DNA of 32,442 bases from an uncultured archaeon (GTDB lineage: Archaea > Asgardarchaeota > Lokiarchaeia > Sigyniarchaeales > SOKP01), in the NCBI GenBank assembly GCA_964632315.1, contig CAZWEM010000011.1:70182-102623 (forward strand). The letters are read 5' to 3'. Numbering within the stretch: position 1 is the first letter of the stretch; every line of letters starts with the position of its first letter. The notes beneath the pieces are model-generated. The model was not told the DNA's origin and made no database searches. It worked only from the letters and a program-made list of their open reading frames with translations. The translations under genes were made by a program, and so were the position numbers. This document shows positions 9,446 to 17,530 of this stretch, piece by piece.

Positions 9446-9838
9446 ATGCAATTAAGTAGCTTAGAAAATAACAAGTACATTGATAGAATAAATAAGCTCC
9501 TAATTAGAGAAAAGAATTTTAAAGCAATACGTCTACTTAATAAAATCATTAAGGGTAATCCCTCAAATTATGATGCTTGGTTATTACTTGGAATAGCAAA
9601 AAGACGAGTTAACATGTTGAGTGAAGCTATAAAATGTTTTAAAACAGCAACAAATATAGATCCTGAGAAAGAGGAAGCTTGGGGATTATACACGATTACT
9701 CTTATGGATAATGGAAGAGTTGAAGAAGCACAGCAAGTAATCGAAAAGGCAAGTCAATTAAACCCTTTAAACGACAAACTATCGTTCTACAAGGAAAATC
9801 TTATACATGTTTATGAAAGATTTGGTCCATTCTTTTAA
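9446..9838 (+). CDS. TPR-repeat protein
   Basis: TPR consensus patterns: NPSNYDAWLLLG...EAIKCFKTATNIDPEKEEAW...GRVEEAQQVIEKASQLNP. Confidence 0.85.
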   Translation: MQLSSLENNKYIDRINKLLIREKNFKAIRLLNKIIKGNPSNYDAWLLLGIAKRRVNMLSEAIKCFKTATNIDPEKEEAWGLYTITLMDNGRVEEAQQVIEKASQLNPLNDKLSFYKENLIHVYERFGPFF

Positions 9839-9844
9839 TTTATT

Positions 9845-10096
9845 TCAAAAAAATTCAGGATGCTTTTTCTCAATATTGTTTAGGGTAGATACCAATTCAA
9901 AAAGTAATTTTTCATCACGATATTCATTTATCGTGTTTGATAATCGATCCAGGATTTCATTTGCTAACCTAATATCTTCTTTAGTAAGAGAATGAGTTTT
10001 TGAACCTAATAGCTCATCAAATTCCTCTTCAAACCATTTCAACTTTTCCTTAAATTCATGCTTAATGAAATTGAAATCATCAAAATCTAGATTCAT
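9845..10096 (-). CDS. Small acidic helical hypothetical protein
   Basis: 83-aa ORF with typical composition, preceded on the minus strand by a purine-rich GGAG/AAGG tract, and tightly convergent with the TPR gene. Confidence 0.7.
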   Translation of the reverse strand: MNLDFDDFNFIKHEFKEKLKWFEEEFDELLGSKTHSLTKEDIRLANEILDRLSNTINEYRDEKLLFELVSTLNNIEKKHPEFF

Positions 10097-10411
10097 ACCT
10101 TTCCTCCAAGAGGATAGTTTTTGCTAAACCCTTAAACTAAAAATATAATTAAAGTGCCCTTATTTAAACCTATTTGAAAAATCCTTTTTTCTAGTTTTTA
10201 CCGTGAAAAAGTTGATTATTAACTTTCATAAAATAAAACTTTTTATAGACAGAATTGAAACTAAAACCAATATAAGCTTTAATTTAACACTCTAATACAA
10301 AAATCTGGAATAAGATTTTAAAGTCGGTAAATAACTTCCACATTTACTTAATATTTACCGCTGATTTTTTGGATTATTGGACTCCTATTTGTTTAATAGC
10401 TAATATTAGTT

Positions 10412-10681
10412 ATGTTATTTAAGAAAGCTTATTTTTCGAAAAACAATTTTATGTTGACTTTCATGAGTAGCGGAAACGGATTTGAGAAATTGGAGTTAAT
10501 TAAGAAATACTTTCAACGTGTCTTTAATATATTTTCTAAAGAGATACGAGAAGAATTACAAGAATTAGAACCGCAACTTTCTAATGAAGAATTTAAGGAG
10601 ATAAAAAAAGAATTAGCATTTTTACCGAAAGAAAAACAACAAGAGTATTTACATGAATTGAAAGAAGAAATAAATGAATAA
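10412..10681 (+). CDS. Small Glu/Lys-rich hypothetical protein (true start possibly the later Met of MSSGNG)
   Basis: Open 89 codons with a charged helical C-terminal half. Ends 1 nt from the Rieske gene stop. Confidence 0.55.
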   Translation: MLFKKAYFSKNNFMLTFMSSGNGFEKLELIKKYFQRVFNIFSKEIREELQELEPQLSNEEFKEIKKELAFLPKEKQQEYLHELKEEINE

Positions 10682-10682
10682 T

Positions 10683-11675
10683 TTAGGAATCTGATTTTAG
10701 ATTTATTAATTCATGACGAAGTTTACGGTATTGAATAATTGGTAAATCTCCTTGAATTAATTTTTCATCCATCTTTAATTCTGTTTTTATTGGATCCTGG
10801 GTTATTACAACATCTCGATCTTGGTGCAGGATCTTTATATTGAATTTATTTGCAATCCAGTTTATAATACTCTTTAACAATGGAATTCTAATGAACTTTT
10901 GGTAAAATCTCATGTAAAATTTCGTGTGATTTTCATCAATAGGTACGAATGCAATAACGATTCGCACTTTTTCTCCGAGATAGTTTTGCCAGATATGAGG
11001 AAATTTGAAATTTAGATGAAATACTTTCATATCTTCGGTAAATTCCTCTGGTTTTAGTGGTTGCGTCTTTCCATCATCTTTTTGATTGTAAACCCAAAAT
11101 GTAAAGCCATTATTATCATCGTCAAGTTCAACTAAAGGGCCATTAACTAAAGTTTGGTTTCCCCTGCCTATGGTATTATAATGAACAAAGGGTAAGTGTA
11201 CTACGTCAAGTTGGTTTTCAATTGCACGAGAATAATGCACCGGCCATGTTTCAGTATGAGTTTTATAGGAGAATTTATCATCTATATCCTCAAAAAAAGG
11301 GATTAGAGGGTATTCATTGCGAGATTCACCGTACCAGATCCAAATGAAATCATGTTTTTCTTTTACATAAAATGAATTGACTTTAAATCTTTCAGGTATT
11401 TCGGCATTTTTACCATTTGCTGGGATAATAGTGCATTTCCCTGAAAAATCATACCTTAGGCCGTGAAAAGGGCATTCAAGTGTTTCACCATCATCACATA
11501 TCTTTCCAACACTTAATTGAGCACCTCGATGAGCACATTTGTCTCTCAAGCATTTTATATCACCCTCTTTATCTCGCCATAAAACCAATTTCTCTCCAAA
11601 TCTCGTGACGCCTAACAACTTATGTTTTACCAATTCACGAGATTCTAAAACAGCATACCATTGATTCTTAATCAT
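10683..11675 (-). CDS. Rieske non-heme iron oxygenase alpha subunit (VanA/CAO/PaO-like)
   Basis: Rieske ligands CAHRG...CPFHG, mononuclear Fe motif ENQLDVVHLPFVH, distal QD, N-terminal NQWYAV. Confidence 0.92.
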   Translation of the reverse strand: MIKNQWYAVLESRELVKHKLLGVTRFGEKLVLWRDKEGDIKCLRDKCAHRGAQLSVGKICDDGETLECPFHGLRYDFSGKCTIIPANGKNAEIPERFKVNSFYVKEKHDFIWIWYGESRNEYPLIPFFEDIDDKFSYKTHTETWPVHYSRAIENQLDVVHLPFVHYNTIGRGNQTLVNGPLVELDDDNNGFTFWVYNQKDDGKTQPLKPEEFTEDMKVFHLNFKFPHIWQNYLGEKVRIVIAFVPIDENHTKFYMRFYQKFIRIPLLKSIINWIANKFNIKILHQDRDVVITQDPIKTELKMDEKLIQGDLPIIQYRKLRHELINLKSDS

Positions 11676-11950
11676 AATAATGTTAAATTGCTAAATAGAG
11701 GGCTTTTTATCACTTTTTTGATTATATTTTAAAAATATACGGGAGGAAATAATTGGGAGAAATTTGACTATATTTAATAATTCTAATATTTTCCCTGATA
11801 GGAAAAACTGATATAAATCGTAAGATCGAATTTATTAATATACAGCAATGTAAACCCCCAATAATAACAAGAGGATTTAGAAATATTTAAGAAACCAAGA
11901 AATTTATAATGTTGATTGGATAATTTCAACTTTTTTAATGAAAAATAATT

Positions 11951-12079
11951 TTAACATCCAAGGAACCAAATTTTTTCATGAGATTTATGTATGTTAATAG
12001 TATAAAAAAAAAAATTTGTATAACCGCCATCATATTTACTATACACGTCCCCATCCCATACAGTATACTTGTCTCCCAT
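11951..12079 (-). other. Unannotated transcription-unit candidate: 42-aa sORF or G-rich sRNA
   Basis: Open frame MGDKYTVWDGDVYSKYDGGYTNFFFYTINIHKSHEKIWFLGC*. TTTATAAA lies upstream (12103-12110) and an 11-T run lies inside on the minus strand (12004-12014). Confidence 0.3.
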
Positions 12080-12083
12080 CCCA
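12038..12083. repeat. Imperfect tandem repeat (~24-nt period) containing four C3+/G3+ tracts
   Basis: ACTATACACGTC-CCCATCCCA versus AGTATACTTGTCTCCCATCCCA. Confidence 0.7.
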
Positions 12084-12289
12084 CTATGTTATAGTTTTAA
12101 GCTTTATAAAATAGAATTAAATTATTCCAAATAACTTTTTTTTATTTTATGGCTATGGCACTTTATATTTTATAAATTTTGTTGCTAATTATAAAAAACC
12201 ACTCTTTAAGAGGTTTAAGACTTATTTTTGCTTTCATTCCATTCATTTTTTATATGCCAATAAAGACTCATTGCTCTTATTAATAACTT

Positions 12290-13591
12290 TTATTTCGGTT
12301 TCAAGGATTTTGGAATGGTAAAATAGAATATTGAGCCCTTTCCTACTTCACTTTCAAATGCAATACTTCCTCCGTGAAGTTCGACCAATCTCTTTGTTAA
12401 TGAAAGTCCAAGTCCAGTGCCTTCCGTTACTTTCACGTGTGGATGATTGATCCTCGTGAAATCTGAAAAGATTTTATCAAAATTTTCCTTGCTAATTCCT
12501 ATACCAGTATCTATCACGTCAAACCTCCATTCCTTCTCATTATCGTAAATCATTAGGACTACAATACCTTCTAACGTATATTTAAACGCATTACTTAGGA
12601 GATTATACAATATTTCTCTAAATCGAATTGGATCAGCATTTAAAAATCTATTTTTTTCTAACCCTAACACCTTAAAAACTAAATTCTTTTTCTTATATAA
12701 TGGACTTAATTCTCCTTTCATTTTTTGAATAGTGTTTTCGAGATCAATTTGTTCTATGCTTAATTTTAACTTCCCCGACTCTATTTTTGATATATCAAGA
12801 ATCTGGTTTATAATTTCCAATAAATGATTAGCAGAGTCCTTTATATCGTAAATATAAGATTTTTGGGTCTCGTTTAAGGACTTAAACTCATCTTCAATCA
12901 ACAAATCAGAAAAACCTAAAATTGAATTCATTGGAGTTCGCAATTCATGAGACATAATTGCCATGAATCTGCTTTTAAAATGAGAAGCTTTCATAATCTC
13001 CTCTATATAGAGTTCCTTTTTTTCTAATAAATCCCTTAATGCCTTGGTCTTCTCTTCTACTTCATTCTTAAGGCGTTCAGTAAACGTATCTTTTAATTGT
13101 TCCATTTTCTTTCTTTCAGTAACATCTCTAGCAAATCCATAAAATCCTACCTTATTTCCACTATAATCGTATAATAAATCAATCAAGCCTTCAAAATGAA
13201 TGATTTTATTCTTATTCGTGATAATTTTAATCTCCATTGATGGCGGGAATGGAATTTCAGTCTTGAAGACTTTATTAAACTTTTTGTACACATCATTAGA
13301 TGTTTCTTCATTAAAAATGGTTTGATAGTTACTCCCGGTCAATTCTTCCTTTGAATAATCCACGATTTCACAAAAATTAGCATTCACATAAGCAAAATTA
13401 CCCTGTAAATCAACTTCATAATATCCCTCTCCCATATTTTCGATGATTTTTCGATACCTTCCTTCTCTTACTTTCAGTTCAAGTGGCTTGTTATTAAAAC
13501 CCTTAAATTTCCTTTTTATATCAACCATTACGATATTTTTTTCTAACTCAACCTCCTCTTTTATGCTTATAAGCTGGATTCTTAAAGACAC
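12290..13591 (-). CDS. PAS sensor histidine kinase (start may be the downstream ATG of MVDIKR)
   Basis: One PAS domain (RYRKIIENMGEGYYEVD...RDVTERK), H-box MSHELRTPMN, NLLSNAFKYT, DTGIGI, GTGLGLSL. Confidence 0.92.
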   Translation of the reverse strand: MSLRIQLISIKEEVELEKNIVMVDIKRKFKGFNNKPLELKVREGRYRKIIENMGEGYYEVDLQGNFAYVNANFCEIVDYSKEELTGSNYQTIFNEETSNDVYKKFNKVFKTEIPFPPSMEIKIITNKNKIIHFEGLIDLLYDYSGNKVGFYGFARDVTERKKMEQLKDTFTERLKNEVEEKTKALRDLLEKKELYIEEIMKASHFKSRFMAIMSHELRTPMNSILGFSDLLIEDEFKSLNETQKSYIYDIKDSANHLLEIINQILDISKIESGKLKLSIEQIDLENTIQKMKGELSPLYKKKNLVFKVLGLEKNRFLNADPIRFREILYNLLSNAFKYTLEGIVVLMIYDNEKEWRFDVIDTGIGISKENFDKIFSDFTRINHPHVKVTEGTGLGLSLTKRLVELHGGSIAFESEVGKGSIFYFTIPKSLKPK

Positions 13592-14288
13592 GTAGTTTAT
13601 ACTTTATTAGTCTCAATTGTCCATACTAAAATTCCCTTGGAATAATATAGTTTCAGATTAAATAATGGTCTTATTTGTTGAAATATGAAATCTTAATATG
13701 TTCTCAAGAAATTTATCGTATTAATCATATATTCTATTTATTTAACTTTTTGGATAAAGTAATATTGTGACCCGGGATACTGTTACCTTTGAAAATTCCA
13801 ATTCTTAATCTTTCGCCATAGTGCGTCAAATATTAGCTCTTGTTATTCGAGAGTAATTCTTTATATTGACTTATATATTTTAATACAATAAATGAACAAG
13901 TATTACATCCAAGTTTGAGAAAGGTCCTTTCACTTCACTTTAATTCTTCATTTTTCTTTTAAAAGATCCAAGTCCATAAACAGTTCAGAATATTCATCTT
14001 TAAATATAAATGGTTATGAAAGAATGATAGAATGTGTTTTACAAAAATCCAACAAGACATCATTCAAGTAGTCTTTGAATCTCATGAAGATCCAAAGTGT
14101 CCACATAAACCGTGCATCGAAGGATTACAAGATATGATCTAGAAAAATTTGAGGAAAATGTGTTGAAACTCATTTCAAAGGGAGTTTTATATAACTATGT
14201 AAAGAAAAAGTGAACTTTTACTAACTTTTGTTAATTTATTTTTACAGGCTAAAATGAGTAAAATGCAAAATTCCTTAAAGGTGAGCCG

Positions 14289-14411
14289 ATGATGGTACGA
14301 CATTGGACGAGGGAATGGTTTAGGGGAATTACGCCAACCCAAGCTCGTACAGCGTTTTCGATCGGGCTAGTTACATCAATAGAAGAGTTTCTTAATAGGT
14401 TTTTCTCATGA
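14289..14411 (+). other. 40-aa sORF, possibly a transposase C-terminal remnant
   Basis: MMVRHWTREWFRGITPTQARTAFSIGLVTSIEEFLNRFFS*. Preceded by AGGTGA, locally GC-richer, and contains a G-x-T-P-x-Q-A motif. Confidence 0.25.
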
Positions 14412-14537
14412 ATGTTCCTTTAATTCCCAAGTTTCCAAAATTCAGTGCTTCTGTACACCCAATAGATTTAAATTTGTATCTTACTTATCAAGTATCGTTA
14501 AACATAAAAAATTAAACGCAAATTGGAGGTTAACCAC

Positions 14538-15590
14538 GTGAAAAATGATTTTATTCCGTTTGAAGTAGTCGACCTTTCGCGAAATCATTATCGGGAACGT
14601 TCCATTCCACTCGTGAAGCCCGAAGCAGATGTCTTGAACGAGTTGATTTCCTATTATCATAATGACGTGTTTCACGTTCTCAATTTGAGAAAGAAGCTTA
14701 ATACGTTTTGCACCTCAGAGTTTTTTACCATGGCTTTCACCGCTCATCGCGGACGAGTCGCCTCATTAGGATTGTTCAGTCAGACGGGGGAGGTGCTTAC
14801 CGATGCCATCACTAAATTCCCAAATCTTCTTGAGCTATATTTGTTTAACTCGATTCCCGAACCGCGATTTAAAGAAGATGAGGAGCCTTGGCGCCTTAAA
14901 ACACTTCCCGGGAATATTGATAAGTTAAAGTCCTTACAATTAATAGAAATGCAAAATTTTAATGAATTAAAGACCTTACCTGAATCATTCGGGAGATTAG
15001 CTTCCCTCAAAAAACTCGAAATCTCTGGCTGCGGTTTCACTTCTATACCAGAGTGCATAGGAAATTTGAAAAGTTTAAAGGAATTGAGTTTTTGGGCTCA
15101 AGATAAGAAATTAGAACAAATTCCTGAATCCATTGGCAATCTCTCTTCTCTTGAATTCCTCGATTTAGGCGAAAATAGCTTGCAGTCGCTTCCCGAGTCT
15201 TTTGGAAAATTAAAAGCTCTCAAGAAACTATTCCTCCATTATAACCAGTTTGACAGCCTTCCCAGTTCCGTCTGCGAATTGACATTTCTTGAGGAACTAG
15301 ATCTCGACCATAATAATCTCGGAATATTGCCAGATTGCATTGGAAATCTCACCTCATTAACAGAGTTTTCGCTCAAGCATAATAATATCACTTCTTTCCC
15401 CAGCTAATTTAGCAGGCTCACTAATTTAGAGTCTCTATCACTACGGGAAAATAAATTAAGAAGAATTCCTGAGTCCGTTTTTACCTTGCCTTCACCCAAA
15501 TATCTTTATTTAAGCGGCAATCCATCCTTGCCTTTTACTCCAGAAATGCGTAAAAAACTCGAAGATCGAGCTGTGGAAGTCTTTATCTAA
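14538..15590 (+). pseudogene. Leucine-rich repeat protein interrupted by an in-frame TAA at 15405-15407
   Basis: About 9 LRRs of ~23 aa (LPESFGxLxxLxxLxLxxNxL). The frame continues past TAA as FSRLTNLESLSLRENKLRRIPESVFTLPSPKYLYLSGNP...EVFI* to 15590. Probable GTG start at 14538 after GGAGG (14525-14529). Confidence 0.8.
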
Positions 15591-15949
15591 CAAAATCTCT
15601 CTTCCAACAAATTTTTTTCCTTTTCGGTTTTCAAAAAAAAATTTCTTTCATGTAGATACTTTTCTATAATTTTTTTGGTTGAAATTATCAATTATAATAG
15701 TTTTTGCATTCGTTTTGAACCAAACTAATAAATGAGAAATGCAAGGATATATAAAGCTTGTAGATTTGAGATTTAAGTAAGATCCTTCATTTAGATTTGT
15801 AGAAACAATGACAAATTTTTTAATTAGGCACTACTTTACACAACTAAGGATAATTATAATTAAGTTATTAATCAAACTAGTCAATAAGGCTTTAGCAGAA
15901 GTTATTAGAACTAAGTAAACGAATTCTTAAAATAGAATAAAGATTTGAA

Positions 15950-16564
15950 TTGAATATGAGCGATAATGTAGAGAAATATATAAAGCGTAAAGTTTATAAA
16001 GGTACGAGCTCAAAAATCGCGCAGAAATTCGTCGATGCTGGTTTAGAAAAGATTAGAGCATGTATAAACTGTGGAACTTGTAGTGGTTCGTGTCCTTCTG
16101 GAAGACGAACAGCTTATCGAACCCGATCAGTTATCCGTCGTGCTCTAATGGGAGATGAATCCGTGCTAGAAGATATTGATATCTGGTTATGCTCGACTTG
16201 TTATTATTGCTATGAACGCTGCCCGCGTAATATTCCCGTCACAGATATGATAATAAAGCTTAGAAACATAGCTGTGGAAGAAGGTCACATTCTAGATTCA
16301 CATTTTACATTAGCAAATGACATTTTTTATCAAACAGGACACGGTGTTCCCGCTAACGGAGACGCTAATAAAAAATGGAGGGATCTAAGAGAATCCTATG
16401 GATTACCGCCATTACCACCCACAGTTCACACGCATCCTGAAGCACTTAAAGAATGTCAAGAATTAATGAAATCGATTGGATTTAGAAAATTGATGGATAA
16501 CGTAGAGAAAATCAAGGCAAAAGAAAGAAAAGAGAAAGAAAAGGCAGAAAAGGAGGAGAAATAA
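15950..16564 (+). CDS. hdrC: Heterodisulfide reductase subunit C (probable start ATG 15956)
   Basis: Two [4Fe-4S] motifs, CINCGTCSGSCP and WLCSTCYYCYERCPR, followed by TGHG and PPT. First gene of hdrCBA. Confidence 0.93.
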   Translation: MNMSDNVEKYIKRKVYKGTSSKIAQKFVDAGLEKIRACINCGTCSGSCPSGRRTAYRTRSVIRRALMGDESVLEDIDIWLCSTCYYCYERCPRNIPVTDMIIKLRNIAVEEGHILDSHFTLANDIFYQTGHGVPANGDANKKWRDLRESYGLPPLPPTVHTHPEALKECQELMKSIGFRKLMDNVEKIKAKERKEKEKAEKEEK

Positions 16565-16566
16565 AG

Positions 16567-17517
16567 ATGAATGAAAACAAAAAAAGGAAGTATGCCTTCT
16601 TTCTTGGATGTGTTGCTCCAAATCGATATCCAATGATTGAATCTTCAATTCGAGCGGTATTTGATCATCTAGGTGCCGAAATCTTAGAAATGGAAGGTGC
16701 ATCGTGCTGTCCTGCTCCGGGAGTTTTTCGAGCTTTTCACATACCAACTTGGTTGGTAATAGCAGCTCGGAATATTACAATAGCTGAAGAACTAGGCGTT
16801 GATATCATTACTGGTTGCAATGGATGCTATGGAACTTTAAGAGATGCATGGTGGGAATTAAACCATAAACCGGAACTAAAGAAAATGGTTAATGAACATC
16901 TTGCGAAAGTTGGGAGGCAATATAAAGGTAATATTGAACCAAAACATATTGTTCAAGCGTTATATCAAGATATGGGAATGGATTACTTGAGAGATTTTGT
17001 CAAGCATAGATTTAAAGATCTCAAGGTGGCAGTCCATTATGGTTGTCATATCGTGAAACCAAGCGATAAAAGGCCTTGGGGTGGTGAGTATGAATGCCCA
17101 ACCTTTCTTGATGAATTAGTCGAAATGACAGGAGCGAAGAGCATTGATTATAAAGATAAGTTCATGTGTTGCGGGGCTGGTGGAGCGGTTAGAACAGCTG
17201 TAAAAGAAGTAGCCGCAGACTTTTCCCGAGAGAAGTTAACCAATATTCGTGATGCGGGTGCTGATATTATAATAGATTGCTGCCCTTTCTGTCATTTGCA
17301 GCTTGATTTAGGTCAAATGGAAGCAAATAGCGTTTACGGAGCCATGATTGGAGAACCTTTTAAAATTCCTGTTATATACATTACTCAATTACTAGGATTA
17401 TCCTTTGGAATTGATCCAAACCAATTAGGACTAATTAAAAATCATGAATTAGCTGGTGTGTCACCATTCATTCCAATTGAACCATTTATGCAAAAAGTAA
17501 AAGAGGAATTAACTTAG
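16567..17517 (+). CDS. hdrB: Heterodisulfide reductase subunit B
   Basis: Two CCG-type domains: FLGC...SCCPAPG...CNGC and HYGCH...CCGAGG...CPFCHLQLD. Confidence 0.95.
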   Translation: MNENKKRKYAFFLGCVAPNRYPMIESSIRAVFDHLGAEILEMEGASCCPAPGVFRAFHIPTWLVIAARNITIAEELGVDIITGCNGCYGTLRDAWWELNHKPELKKMVNEHLAKVGRQYKGNIEPKHIVQALYQDMGMDYLRDFVKHRFKDLKVAVHYGCHIVKPSDKRPWGGEYECPTFLDELVEMTGAKSIDYKDKFMCCGAGGAVRTAVKEVAADFSREKLTNIRDAGADIIIDCCPFCHLQLDLGQMEANSVYGAMIGEPFKIPVIYITQLLGLSFGIDPNQLGLIKNHELAGVSPFIPIEPFMQKVKEELT

Positions 17518-17521
17518 GAGG
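17516..17521 (+). promoter_or_regulatory. Shine-Dalgarno site for hdrA
   Basis: AGGAGG overlaps the hdrB stop and lies 9 nt before ATG 17531. Confidence 0.7.
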
Positions 17522-17530
17522 AATAGAAAA

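Noticed and set aside
7924-9995. ORFs 7924-8202, 8264-8479 and 9807-9995
   Set aside because: They overlap better-supported genes on the opposite strand and have no recognisable features.
12038-12083. Mini-CRISPR array
   Set aside because: Only two adjacent imperfect copies, no spacer-length unique sequence between them, and no cas genes.
15405-15407. Stop-codon recoding (Sec, Pyl or alternative code) in the LRR gene
   Set aside because: The codon is TAA, not TGA or TAG, and TAA is the normal terminator for most genes in the window.
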